NCBI GenBank assembly: GCA_030141605.1
Contig: JAQGDQ010000147.1
Coordinates: 372,001-436,000 of the forward strand
Reading direction: 5' to 3'
Length of the DNA: 64,000 nucleotides
Origin: Tubiluchus corallicola
Lineage: Eukaryota > Animalia > Priapulida
Below the pieces are notes generated by a model. It saw only the letters and a list, made by a program, of their open reading frames with translations, did no database searches and was not told the origin of the DNA. Each line of letters starts with the position of its first letter. Within the stretch, counting starts at the first letter, position 1. Below are positions 1 through 12,200 of the stretch, one piece after another. Made by a program: the position numbers and the translations under genes.

Positions 1-712
1 AAGACCATTTTTACAGCTGGTAAAGCTTCTCTAATTAAGTACAGGCAATAAAGCTGTCAGAAACGACTCTATTCCTCTACTCTTCTAAATTATATGTGTT
101 GTACTAGAAAGCTTATTTTCTTTCAGCATAATCAAAACAAAAGTCAAAGGCATATATGTTCGATGGATTTTGATACATGCTCAGCATTCACTGCCATGAA
201 TCCGTGACATGATGGCATGATATGGAGCACAGCGGAACTCAATACAGATATCTAAAATTGTCGAAAATTGATTTAGAGCCTTACAACAATGGTGAGATCG
301 GGTGCCGAGGGACAGTAGAATTCAATGAGCCAAAGTTAAATATTTCCTCATTAAAAACAAAGTTTTCTGTCGCAGGCACGTTAGCTTAAAGTGTTTCAGA
401 GATGCAAAGTGCACTTAAAATGTACGTTAGTGGTCTTTTCGTTTGACTTGTAGTATAATAACATCTGACTGAGATTGAGACTGTTTCACATTTGCAGATT
501 TTCGCCCTTTCGGTCATGTTTGATTTCAAAAATCTAATAATAGTGGGCTTTGCAGGATCTCTAACTCGTTTCGACAGTGTGTGTTCTTTGTAAAAGGCTT
601 TAGGGCAAAGGCAATGATTTGCCTAAGACGTTGGTAAATCAGGCCCACAGTCACTGCACGAATCGCATACATTGTGAGCCCCCTCTATACGACTTCAACG
701 TATTTTACTTAC

Positions 713-1079
713 CCATTTCATCCATTTTACTAGACATTCCTAACGTTGCTCCAACCAGTATCACACTCATTAGCAGAAGTCCTAGAGCTACTAGCATGAT
801 AGCTCGACTGATCCTCTTTCTGCGTTTGGCTTCCTCTTTGTCCTCCTCGGATTCATAATCCTCTAAAGGTTCGCATCTGGTCGAATAACTGACTATTCTG
901 CTGTCCTGGCTAATTCTGCTGACGCTACACAGGTCATTTTCAGACCGATACACGTGATAAGTTGGTTTGTAACCACGAACTGCATGGTGGTTGCACTCAC
1001 ACGGATATTCCATCGGGTATTCTTCGGTTGACAGAATTTCAATTTCATTGTCTTCCTTGTCCATTCTTAAGGAGCTCAT
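713..1079 (-). CDS. First coding exon of an uncharacterised single-pass (probably type II) membrane protein
   Basis: ATG at 1079; acidic/Ser-rich N-terminus, basic KRRKR, then hydrophobic AIMLVALGLLLMSVILVGATLGM. The ORF runs into G|GTAAGT (donor at 712-707, phase 1). A candidate acceptor near 1149 (TTTCTTTAACAG) and a donor GTAAGT at 1344-1339 suggest a non-coding upstream exon. The downstream exon is uncertain. Confidence 0.7.
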
Positions 1080-2208
1080 TGCGAAATAGATCTGTGACGA
1101 ATGACAGTTTAGAATTTACAACACAAGATCACAACATGAGATTATGCCCTGTTAAAGAAACTTTGAATTCTCTGTTTCCTTTTTGACGGATATTATCATT
1201 CGGTGATGTAATATTATTCGTATCATCATATAACGTAGAACAAGTTTAGAAAAATGATTGATTACGAAGTATCTAGCTATCTACAATAAGTAGCACGTGA
1301 AGTAAACGCCAGCTAGAAAAGTCAATAACATATCCAGAACTTACGAAACGGAAACTTTTCGGACTTCACAAACTTCATACTGCAGTTGCAGGAGCAGCCC
1401 TCTTCCTTCAGTGATCATTACCTTAATGTTAGCTGCCTATACCTGGTTGCCGTGACGGCTTGAAAAGCCTCATTGCTATTAAACCCAATGTATGCATTTC
1501 AGACAGTAAACCATTACGATGCGGCACTTTGAAAAGATTAAAGCAATTTCACGCGAACTCGTTTTTTCCTCGTTAAAGTCTTCAAAATAAACGTTATTAC
1601 TGAATGGCTTCACTGTAACGGCAGCCTTTACAACTCTTAAATATCGTTGAAGCCGCTACCCAGTTTAACGCGATTTAACATGTGTTTGCCCGGAGACCAC
1701 ACCACATCAGTCGTCAATGATGGTTCATTGCGAAGGTTAAGCTGATCAGTAACTTAGCTTCTGAGCGTCATAAACGTCAGTTGTGTAACCCCGCACGTGC
1801 ACACACGCTGTCCAATATCTGCATCTCAATGCGTCGTTGCGGTATTAGCCTCTCTGGCTTCTGTTGGCAACGAGCAACCAACACGCTTAGGCAGCTGGCT
1901 TCTCTGCTTCTCAATCAAGTCTCGCTGCGCCTGTTCTGTTCACTGTCATACGATTTGATCAAAAGCAGCAGCGCATTTTTCTGCATCGTTCAGGCAACTT
2001 TGTTGTATGGAATTGTTATTTTGTAAGCTGATAAGCGCTACGTTAGTAAATTAGAGCGAAATGAAATAGCTGCTCCTTTCAGTCAATACATGTATTATTA
2101 GTCTGCAATTCATCTTAGTTTTTGCAGGGGCATACTTCATTACTTCTGGACAGACAAGACCCCTAGTCCTGTTTTTTTCGATTTATTTAAATTTCTTTAA
2201 TGTGTGAT

Positions 2209-2758
2209 TATATATATATATTGTTGGCATCCTTCTGTCTCGGAAGACAATGGAGTGTGCGCCAAGAGAGTCAGTTATTGATCACATTGATGGAGCTGCA
2301 GCGTCGACTGTGGCTGAGCAATCCGATCCTTGAACCACTGGAGTGGCCTCTTCAGGGCACACGCCTGGGCAAGGTGTATACAGATCCTGAGTTAACCAGA
2401 CAACAGGAACCCCCTCTCTTCCTCCCTGGTGTAGTCCAAAGGAAAGCGGAGCGATACGTTTGGCACCAGGTTGGCTGCAGGAACTGCTGGAGTCAGTGAG
2501 CATGCTGCACTGGTCCGCTTTCAGGGCTCCACTCCTGATTTGGAAAGTTTACTCCTCTACACATGGCCGTTGGGTCACTTGACCTCCTCCGCCCTCTAGC
2601 CGTTGGCTGCTTGTGCAGCTCCTCTGCTTAGTGTCGAGATAGTGTGAGCATCCCTCAAGCCTGCAGCACCTGGTATTCATAGGCGGTCACCCATCCAAGT
2701 GCTAACCAGGCTCTACGTTGCTTAACTTCGGTGTTTTCAAAGTGATATGGCCGTAGAC
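2209..2758 (-). mobile_element. 5S rRNA-derived SINE (SINE3) with probably RTE-related body and (TA)n tail
   Basis: Minus strand 2758-2657 reads GTCTACGGCCATATCACTTTGAAAACACCGAAGTTAAGCAACG...TTGGATGGGTGACCGCC...GGTGCTGCAGGCTT, i.e. 5S rRNA lacking about 18 nt. There is no oligo-T terminator; it continues into a ~435-bp GC-rich body ending GAGACAGAAGGATGCCAAC plus (TA)n. Confidence 0.85.
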
Positions 2759-3854
2759 ATAAGAAATTGCTTACTTGTTGCTATGGTCCAGTATGGTAAT
2801 GTAGGGAACAACTAGCCTAACACCGTGCACATGATTTGTTTACATTCATAAGCTAGGCTGATGATGAAGAGTTAAAATTCACTTTTCTTTTGCATTTTTA
2901 ATTTAATTTCAAGTTCTACAAAATCGCATTTTGATCTCATAAATTACTACCCCTGGTAGCTAGGTCAGTTGGGTGGGTACACGAGTATTCCATCGTAGAG
3001 GAAGATCTTTACCTTAAAGTTAAATCAGTGAAGCCAGACGTTCACGTTTTTTTACCTGCCGATTCTATGCCATGTAGTAGTGGAGAGTGCTTTTCCTGTG
3101 TTCAACGGACGTACGTCTACACGTTAAGTACCTTCCCGTCTTGTATCCTATCTCAGTTTGATGTCAAGACATGTGATGTGGTCCCCGAGTTCTGGTTCAA
3201 ATTTCACGGACCCGAGGAGACGTTAGCAGAAAGACGTAACGGTATACTTCTACTTATGTTATTATTCTCGTAAATCACCAACTGCTAATTGTCATTTGCT
3301 GGGTTAACACCATAGGAATGGTAGACTGTAAAGTGGTTAGTTTCACTTGAGGAGTGTGATGGCTGTTTCCATCGCCGTATGGGGATCCTATTATCTTCAC
3401 GTAGCCGTTAAACTGTTTAACATGTTGGGAACGTCGTCTGTGGGACACTGTCGTGCAAGAAATATGTAAGCTGTGACTGTCAGTGTGGGCAGTTGTACCG
3501 CCAGTGAACACTCAACAAAACCGGGGCAGATCGCCAGCATTCTGGGGGAAAGGGTTTTCCTTTTCTTGTACATTGATGCTCATTTTGATTTTTTTGAATA
3601 TTTGGAATATTATTAAATTTGTTGTTACATGTCATTACTTGTTTATTGAGAGTCGGATAAAATATCGTTAACCAATGAAAAGAAAACAACCCACGTATTA
3701 TTTAGAAAAAAAACTACGAACAAAATATTTATTTCTATGAACATTTTATGAACATATCTTAAAATTAGCATAAATAATTAGCATACACCTGTCGGCACAC
3801 GCTACGTCAAAAAGTGGTTTTCGGGTGCCTGTGACCCTTCTAACCCGAACCATT

Positions 3855-3856
<2 letters not shown>

Positions 3857-3900
<44 letters not shown>

Positions 3901-3950
3901 AAATAATAATAATAACAATAATAATAATAATAATAATAAATATATATACA
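3857..3950. repeat. Compound (TA)n/(AAT)n microsatellite
   Basis: Directly visible. Confidence 0.95.
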
Positions 3951-4585
3951 TATATTAATTTAACTAATTATTTATAGTTATTGTAACTTAATGTGTAGTT
4001 ATTTTAACAAAACGAATAATATGCGTTGTTGTTTTGCAAGCAATACATACAAATACAGAAATTCTCTTGAGATTTTGAAAACAGCAGAATAGCGAATAAA
4101 ATGCGATCCTGGCTAACAAAGAAACAGTATACTACAGCATACTTTGTGTTAAGGGCTTTATCGAGACACTTGACTTCAAGCTTGTCAGTAACCCTAAACA
4201 GCCCTGCAATGTCAATTCGTCACATTTTATCGCAAATCTTCCCTGTTAATTGAACCGTTGTGTTATTCGCATTGATCAGTACATTAAATTCATCTAAGTA
4301 CAGTAAATTCATCGAAACACTGGCGAAACAATGGATGTTGTGCAGCAGTGGCCCTCAATATAGTAGCGTGAATTGAACGATTAGAAAACTCCGGGGTTGA
4401 TTTTTGCGATCGGTCGGAGTGGCCTGGAAATTCACGAGACCTCGCCAAATTGTGTTTTGATCTGTGTTCATAAGACAAGTTTGTGCGGGTTCTGCAAGGG
4501 TAGGCGTACTGGAGGGTTGCAGGTCAAAGAACCACCAGTCGAAGAACCACCAGACAAAGGAATATTTGTGAAAGACAAAGGACCT

Positions 4586-4686
4586 GGGGCCCGGTTTTAC
4601 AAAGCGTCACTAACTTAACGACGTCGTTATTAATAGTTAAGTGAATGTAATAACGACGTCGTTAACTTAGCGACAGCTTTGTGAAA
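4586..4686. mobile_element. Short palindromic MITE-like element
   Basis: Arms TTTACAAAGCGTCACTAACTTAACGACGTCGTTATTA and TAATAACGACGTCGTTAACTTAGCGACAGCTTTGTGAAA are near reverse complements; left end GGGGCCCGGTTTTACAAAG. Confidence 0.55.
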
Positions 4687-7585
4687 TTAGCAGATTACGC
4701 AGGTATCAACGGAAGAGCCACTATAAAGAGATAAGCTTTGCTTTGTGTTAAGATAATTATATCATTTGCAGAGGTGAAACTGTAAAGTTCTGCATTATTT
4801 ATTTGTCAGTGCCTTATCACGAGGCTGAAAATACTGTTTTACGCATTGAATAATTCTACGGTGCTACATTTGAAAAAGTCTAAAAAAATTTGAAAAATTA
4901 AAAATATAAAACTAAAATATTTAAAAAATTTTGAACAGCAAAAGAAAGTTTAAGTCTAACTTTATTAGGTTTAACAAAACAGGTTAGAGGTAGTATGTTA
5001 TATTTGCAGATGTACTGTTGACAATGGAAATATTTATCTTTTTTAGTAAAAGTTTTTCTTGCTACCACGACCAACTTCACTAGGCATTTATACAACTGGA
5101 AAATACTCATTTAAAATGCATATACACGACTTTTTCTGACTTGAAGATCAGGTGCATTAGATAAAAAGCAAGAGTCTGTTAGAGCTAAGGAGGTATGAAG
5201 AAATCAGTAGTACATGGCAAAGTTTGTTTTTATAATGGCGCACCTGCATGATCTCTTGATTGCAATGATGCGCAGGCAACGATTGCATTCTTTTGGAATC
5301 TGTTACTAATTAAGATCAGACAGAATGAGTAACATGTTTCATACCTTGCTTGCTACGAACGGCAAACATTATTTTGAGTAATTCCCAAAGACGCCAAATG
5401 ACATGATTGTCTTCTTTTCCAGCTAACAGCTAAGCCAGCCACAATTAGGCGACAGCGTCTGTTACACAATGATGCTTTAACAGTAAAAACTTCTAAAATC
5501 TCTATCCTCAAGTCTACTTAATAAAAACCGCTTTTTTGATGTTTTTTATCATCTAAGTTTTAGTAAATCATTTTAGTTTTCTATCTGTTATTTTTGTGTA
5601 GAGGTTAACTGTTCTTACAAATGCTATGCTTTCTTAATGTACGAAATACATTTTAAGTAAGAATAAAAATAAATTAAAACGTATAAGACATTCATTAATC
5701 ATTATTATTATTATTATTATCAAAAATGATCGGTCACACTTTGTTAAACAAAATATTTTATGTCAATTAAAAGTTGCAATTTCACGTAAGCTGCTGTCAA
5801 CACATTCACTGGTAGGCCTCGGTCCATTCCCCAGACAGGCGATCTTTTGACCATTCTTAAATTGTTGAAGATGGTATTTTGACTGGCGGTTATTTGTATA
5901 TTGTGGTCCTTTGACCGGTGGTCCTTTGTCTGGTAGTCCGTTGACCGCCCACCAAGCACAACGGAGGCAGAGTTTTCTAAGTTTAAGCTACCATATACCC
6001 GGATATGAGTGATTTCCAAGTAAATGCAAACAGTAAGCCACTTATAGTTATATAGAATAATTATAGATTAACAAAAGTGCTAAAAACAAATATTTATACT
6101 TATAACCCTATACATTTCTATCTAATATATTTTTATTTCTTATGCACAGTGGTGGCAATCACTCCATATCAATCGCAATAGGACGTAACAGTATACAAAT
6201 GGAAGAAGTTCAAATCATAATAACCTTTACTAAAAAAAATCACGAGCTGCAACAAGACGCAATGTAAAGATCTGTGTTTTCACCGAGCAAACATGAAGAT
6301 ACAGTACTTTCAAATATTCATGTTTCAGATATTCAAAAGAAATAATGGCGACAGTTTATTTTTTTGCATGTCTATAACCGTGTCAGTATATTGATGAGCA
6401 TTTGGTAGCAATTGTTTTCAGTAACTTTAAAATTATTAAAAATTAAAAAGTATTCACCGTTCAAGAAACACTTTAGTTGCAACCTGTAAAAAGAGGTGGT
6501 GCGCAGTACGTAACCAATTTTTGAATATTGAAATTTTAAAATTGAATTATTTGCCTGAAAATAACCAATTTTGTCTTGAATGTGTGTAATTCCCTGCCCC
6601 CTGTCGAATGTGTATTTGAACCCTGGAGGGCAGTCCCCACTCCAAACTCGCCGCCTCGCACGCCTAGTATGCCTGAAGATGTGTTGCAGCAGGATGTCTG
6701 GTTTGTTTTGGGTTGCAAAATGACGAGTAATAACAGTGCGTCACCTGCAGAAATCAGAACACGTGTGTTTAGTTTGAACAATATTTTTAATTGATAAGAA
6801 GCCTTACAATGAATTTGTATTATAATTAAAATACCAAATATAGATATAATACATTAAAAATAAAAAAATAAAAAACAATCATAAGTTCATTTATAATAAT
6901 AAAAAAAACAACGGGCAATTAATCAAATGCTGTTTGGCCAACATGTATAACCTATATAAAAGCCTTTCAGTGAGTAGATACGTCATTTATAAGTTTAATA
7001 GGCACACGATTACAAAAACTGTCAATTATGCATTGAGTAAGAGCGAGATTGAGAAAGTTATGTAACTTGAAACACGTATGTTTCTCCCTTATGTATTTAT
7101 CAGTTGTGCTTCTGTTTTTATGTGCCTGTATGATGGCTGTATCGTTTTTAGTGTGATACCTTTTTATGTCTTAATAATATATAAAAACGCTCAAATATTT
7201 GTTCACTGGTTCCAGTAATTCATTGTGAGCTTTACTCCTTTTTTGTTCACCAGAAAAGAACTACAGTGGTAGTTTGAAATGTCTTTTCTCCTTGTTTTCT
7301 TAATTGTGATATCAATAATCACTTGTTAATACACATTGGTAGTGTTTGATTTCTGGTGGTCTTTGATAAATTTAACATTAATTATTATAATTTTGTGAAG
7401 GTCAATCAAGATTGAAGATCTTAATCTTTTTTCATAATTGTTTTCTATGACTTTGCTTCCCCTCCCGCCAAGAAAAGAATTAGGCGCGTGGTAATTAGCA
7501 CGCATGTGTTAAATTGCGTTTATCAAGACATTATTAGTTTCGCTGGTTGGCACAGTTAGGCTTCCATACTTCCAGCTTGCATTCA

Positions 7586-7599
7586 TTTCGCTTAGCAAC
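7586..7599 (+). promoter_or_regulatory. Candidate RFX X-box upstream of the CFAP46-like gene
   Basis: TTTCGCTTAGCAAC has a strong RGYAAC half-site, just before a possible donor (CAG|GTTAAG at 7611). RFX control of ciliary genes is established; this site is inferred. Confidence 0.3.
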
Positions 7600-7776
7600 T
7601 TGTGTAAACAGGTTAAGTGTACAGTTTATAAGTTAGGATGTCTAAATAATTTATATTTCGTGAAATAAAACGAAGGAAACGAAACCGTGTAGTACACTTC
7701 CTGTACGTATATGTGAACAATTTTAATTACTCTTAACTGGCGGCTAGTTATTTTTGGATAACAATTTTTTTGTCAG

Positions 7777-8031
7777 AAATACTTCAGCTTTAATTGAAGT
7801 TGAAGATGAAGCTTTCTTGGCTCTTCATCTTATCGGTTCGAAATTCAGAGAGAGCAGAGACACCTACAGCAAACAGATGTTGATGGCTCACAGGTCACAA
7901 AATTGCCAAGGCAATACATATAATTATCTAAACATTGTAAAAAATGTAAACTGAATTTATTAAGCCTCATTTGGTTGAAAAAGCAGTTGGAAGAAAAGAA
8001 CTTCTAATACAATTATAGTACATGTTGCCAA
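7777..8031 (+). other. Candidate 5'-UTR exon of the CFAP46-like gene
   Basis: Bounded by TTTTTTTGTCAG acceptor and GTGAGT donor; a downstream acceptor TTTTCATTTCAG ends at 9219 just before the long ORF. Contains short upstream ORFs. Confidence 0.4.
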
Positions 8032-8882
8032 GTGAGTAATTTTGGAGCTGGTAAACATTAAGTGGAGAAAATTTTATGTACATGTACGGCCATTAGGGTA
8101 GCATTATTAATTTCGAGAATGTAATTTTTTTAGCTGTCCTGTGTTGTTACTGTGTTAGTAGTAAGCTTATAAAATCTATACAGATTTACAATTACAGACT
8201 ATATTGTGACATTGTGATGACATTTATGGATAGGCCATGGGCATATGTATGTGACTACTTAAGCTCAAAAAAACAGAATAAAGCAAATTTCATGTTAGAT
8301 GGACATTCATATAACATTAAAAGGTCAGTTTGGTTACATTATAGCTTACCCTGGAGCTTGTTATGCAATGATAGAATCATAAATTATAAGTTAAAAGTTA
8401 TCCTAGTAGTTGAGCAGCAAAAATGTGAACATGAAATCGAGAATTAAAAATAATTTCAAAGGACTTGCAGAATAACAAGCTGAAGCAGAATTTTAACTAA
8501 ACCTCAGCTAGAATTGAAGTTGAACTGAAGCACAGAACACCCGTGAACAGAATCAAACAACTAATAGTACACAAACAAAAGCATTTCTGGATGTTAAAAT
8601 GTGATGGCTGTTTCAAAAATTTCCTGTTTACAAGGATTCAGTGTTGCATATGTTCTACACATATAGGCCTACATATACATTAACATTGTTGTCATCACCT
8701 TTTCATAAATCATTTTGTTTTGTTACTTATAAGCACTAAATCTGCATTCATGTATGTAATACTCATATGTAAATCATGTAGACAATTAAGTCTCTCTCAT
8801 TTTGACTGCACCCATACGTAAATCATGTATTTAGTACTTATTACAAAAATGCTTGATGAGCTATCATCTCCTCGCCTATATT

Positions 8883-9148
8883 CCTGCCTGGTCTATTTCC
8901 AGTTCAACCCTGAACGTACACAGTTATTTTCTGAAAAATAATAGCACTTGTACGTTGTAACAACAAAGGACATTCCAGCAGTCAGTGCCAAACTGATAGG
9001 TAGTTCTGCTCAAATCCTTGCCCCCGCCTGATCTATTTCTAATTTAGCGCTGAACATACATAGTTATTTTCTGAAAAAGGTTGCATGCTGTAACAATAAA
9101 GGCCATTACAGCTGTGAGTGCCAAACTTATAAGCCGTTGTGCTTAAAT
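8883..9148. repeat. Diverged tandem duplication, ~140-bp unit x2
   Basis: GCCTGgTCTATTTC...CTGAAC...AGTTATTTTCTGAAAAA...TGTAACAA...AGTGCCAAACT recurs at 8886 and 9026. Confidence 0.85.
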
Positions 9149-9225
9149 ACACACTTTTGACTTATAGAAGATAAGGGGAGTTTTGGCCATTTATAGTTCA
9201 TTGCATATTTTCATTTCAGAAATTG

Positions 9226-12200
9226 ATGATGAGTAAGAACAAAGCAAGGCGTATGTCAAAAAGTAGTCACAGAGATAGCAAATGTTTGTCAGAGGAGACC
9301 TTTCCCACATTGGATATACCGCTAATTGTGGAGGTCATAATAAATGGTATTGCAGGAAGTCCTTCATTTGATAAAGTATATATTGAGCATTTAAAAGTGA
9401 AAATCTTTTCTTCATTGCAGCAGATATCAGCAACATATGAATTTTGCAAGATACCGTCAGACTTGAACTCATTAAGTACAAGAAGAAATGCAGAGATAAT
9501 GTTTGAAATTGCCTTAGTAGGTAAAGAATGGCATCTATGGAATATGGTTACAATATCTGCTCTACTCTGTATAATGTTCTGTAATGAAGTACGGCAGGAA
9601 CAGCCTGTTGAGAAAAGCAAAGAAAATAAGAAGGCACTGAAGATTCCTGTATCGCCAAGACATGCAGCTGAAGCGCTTGATGAAACTCTTGAACTGATGT
9701 GTGTGAAAGCAAGTATATTGCTTGTCAAAAACTTGTATGAAATTCTTAGACATTTGCAGTCACTTTGCGATTCTCCAGATAACACTAACATGACAGGTAA
9801 AAACGAGATTCTAGTGTGCTCAGATAAAGTTTTGGATGCGATTTTCTTATGTTTGTCCTCGGCGATGATTAGTAGTAAAAAACTCCTTTGCGAGGATTGT
9901 ATGCTTAAGCTTACATCATTACAGTGGAACTGTTCTCATTTTTTACGGATTAAAGGAAAGGAACATTTGCTTCTACAACATTTTGTTCAGTCTTTTACAT
10001 TAATGCTGACTATGAATAATCCATCTTTGCCAATGATTGAGCAAATGGCCAGGTTCAGCATAGTTATTTGCAAAGGGTTCATCCAATCTTGGATTGAGAA
10101 AGAAGTTAAAACACCCGAGGAAGATGTTGTAAAGAGCAAAAAGAAATCTCTAAAGTCACCCCGAGCAAAACCAAAAGCAAATATAGATGAAATTAATGAT
10201 TACAAGCAAGCTTTGGTATTTCTAGACAATGCTAAAAATGCAGCTGAACTGGCAGCCAGTAATTATCTGAAAACAGTTTCTTTAAGTTTGTACTTTGAAC
10301 TATTGGAATCATGGGTGACATGTAAAAATTTGCTAAACCAAAAGATAAATTATGGGAGCTTGACTATACCTGCTGATGAAAAGAAAAATGTCATATGTGT
10401 TGCCCGAAAAGCTTTTATTGGATTTCAGCTGCTCATAATGAAAATGAGCTCTGAAAAAGAAACGAGCAAGGATAAGGGTAGAAAAGAACAGAAAGAAAGT
10501 TCATCAGCTGCCTCATTTCGCTCTGTTATTACTCTTCTTGATAGTATTAATTGGAATACGGAAGAAAAACTTGCCGTATATTTGTGGGTAGAACTGGCCC
10601 ACATGTTAGTCGCAGAAGAAGATTTCCTAAATGTAGAAGCATGCTGTCAGAGAGCTGTAGAAATCGACAATGAGCAAATCGATGATCAAACTAAGGGCTT
10701 ATTAAAAGAAGCCTGGTTATTGCTTGGCATTTACTACCCAGTAGAAACAGAAGCCACAGTAGAAAAGTTAAGTTGCTTTGTGAACTGTGCTAAAATTGCC
10801 CTCAATCTTAAAGATTATCAAAGTTTTTTTAGAGCAGTATACCATTTTTGGAATTCTTATGAAATAATGTTCAGGACTGAGTTTCCAAAACAAGCTACAG
10901 TTTTGCATATCAGCATCGTAACATCAATGGCAGAGTTGTTGAGAGTGGCAGGTACAATAATTCCAAAAGGTTTGATCCCAAAGGAGTTTTCTGTTATATA
11001 CACAAATTTGAGCACTGTTGTGCTACAGGCCATGTTTAATAGGGGAGATCTAGAAACATTCCTTTCAGCCTCTGAAAAAATTTCGAAGAAACTTGCACCA
11101 ATAGGGCACATGCATGTGATACATCAGCTGAGGATTTTGGCAAAAGCCCACTTATGTCTGCCATTCAACTGTGAATTAGAAAATGTGAATGAATTTGACG
11201 ACCAGGATCAACTTGCAACTCTCTGGATGTGGATTGCGAAGTACACCCCAGAAAGCGACAGAGATAACAAAAAGCAGGCATTTCAGTTCGTGATAAAATA
11301 TATGGATTCACAATTCTATTATGTACAAAGAATTAATATGTTATTCGAATATGTTGGATTTCTAATGAAAAATGGATTTGCACAATCCCTAATATTAGAA
11401 CAGTTGCAAGAAATAATATCGTTTGTTGATTCCTCTCACACCGATGTTCCTGCAGAACTGAGCGCTAGCTCTCCAGAAAAAGCTCGTACTAAATCTGGAG
11501 CTAGTGATTCTTTGCCTGAGAAAAGCTTCAACATTAAAGCCTTTCAACTGATTTCACTGATAAGATCTTGCTGTTTCATGGCAAGTCTCCTCGATGTTGG
11601 GACATTTACTTACCATGATAAATGTCTAGCTATTGTGGCTACATGTAAACAGCTAGTGTTAGAATTATTTAAAAATTGTGAATTGATGATAAGAGAGCCT
11701 AGTGCGCGACTCGGTGAAAAAGTGGGCAAAACTGGCACAAGACTATCAGAAAGGGTGAGTCGAAAGCGACTGAGCAGATGCAAACCATCTCTGGCAGGTT
11801 CTTTTGAAAACTGGCCAGCAGCAAGAATTCCATTCGCTGTTCTTCAAAGCAAGGATAATAAAATGAGGGGAATTTTAACACAAGGTGAAACTTTAGTTCT
11901 TTACTGGCAGTTAAACGACCTGATAAAAAACATTCGTCGTATCTGTTTGCACCCACTATGCTTTCCAGTTTTGATCATACAGCAATTCTTATCTGCCAGC
12001 CTGCTCCACTGTATGCCGCTGTATATCTTATCTTGTCTAAGAATGCTTCAGCTTTGTGATGAGTTGCATATATCAGATGGTTCTTGCTTCTGGTATTCAT
12101 CTTTGGAAAACATAGGATTGGATGTGGACAGCATTTTCATATTGAATAACTGTTGTTCATCAGGTGATAGTGATGCTGCTGAAACCTTAGCCTCATATGT

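Noticed and set aside
2657-2758. Functional 5S rRNA gene
   Set aside because: Internal ~18-nt deletion, no oligo-T terminator, fused to a SINE body, and not in an array.
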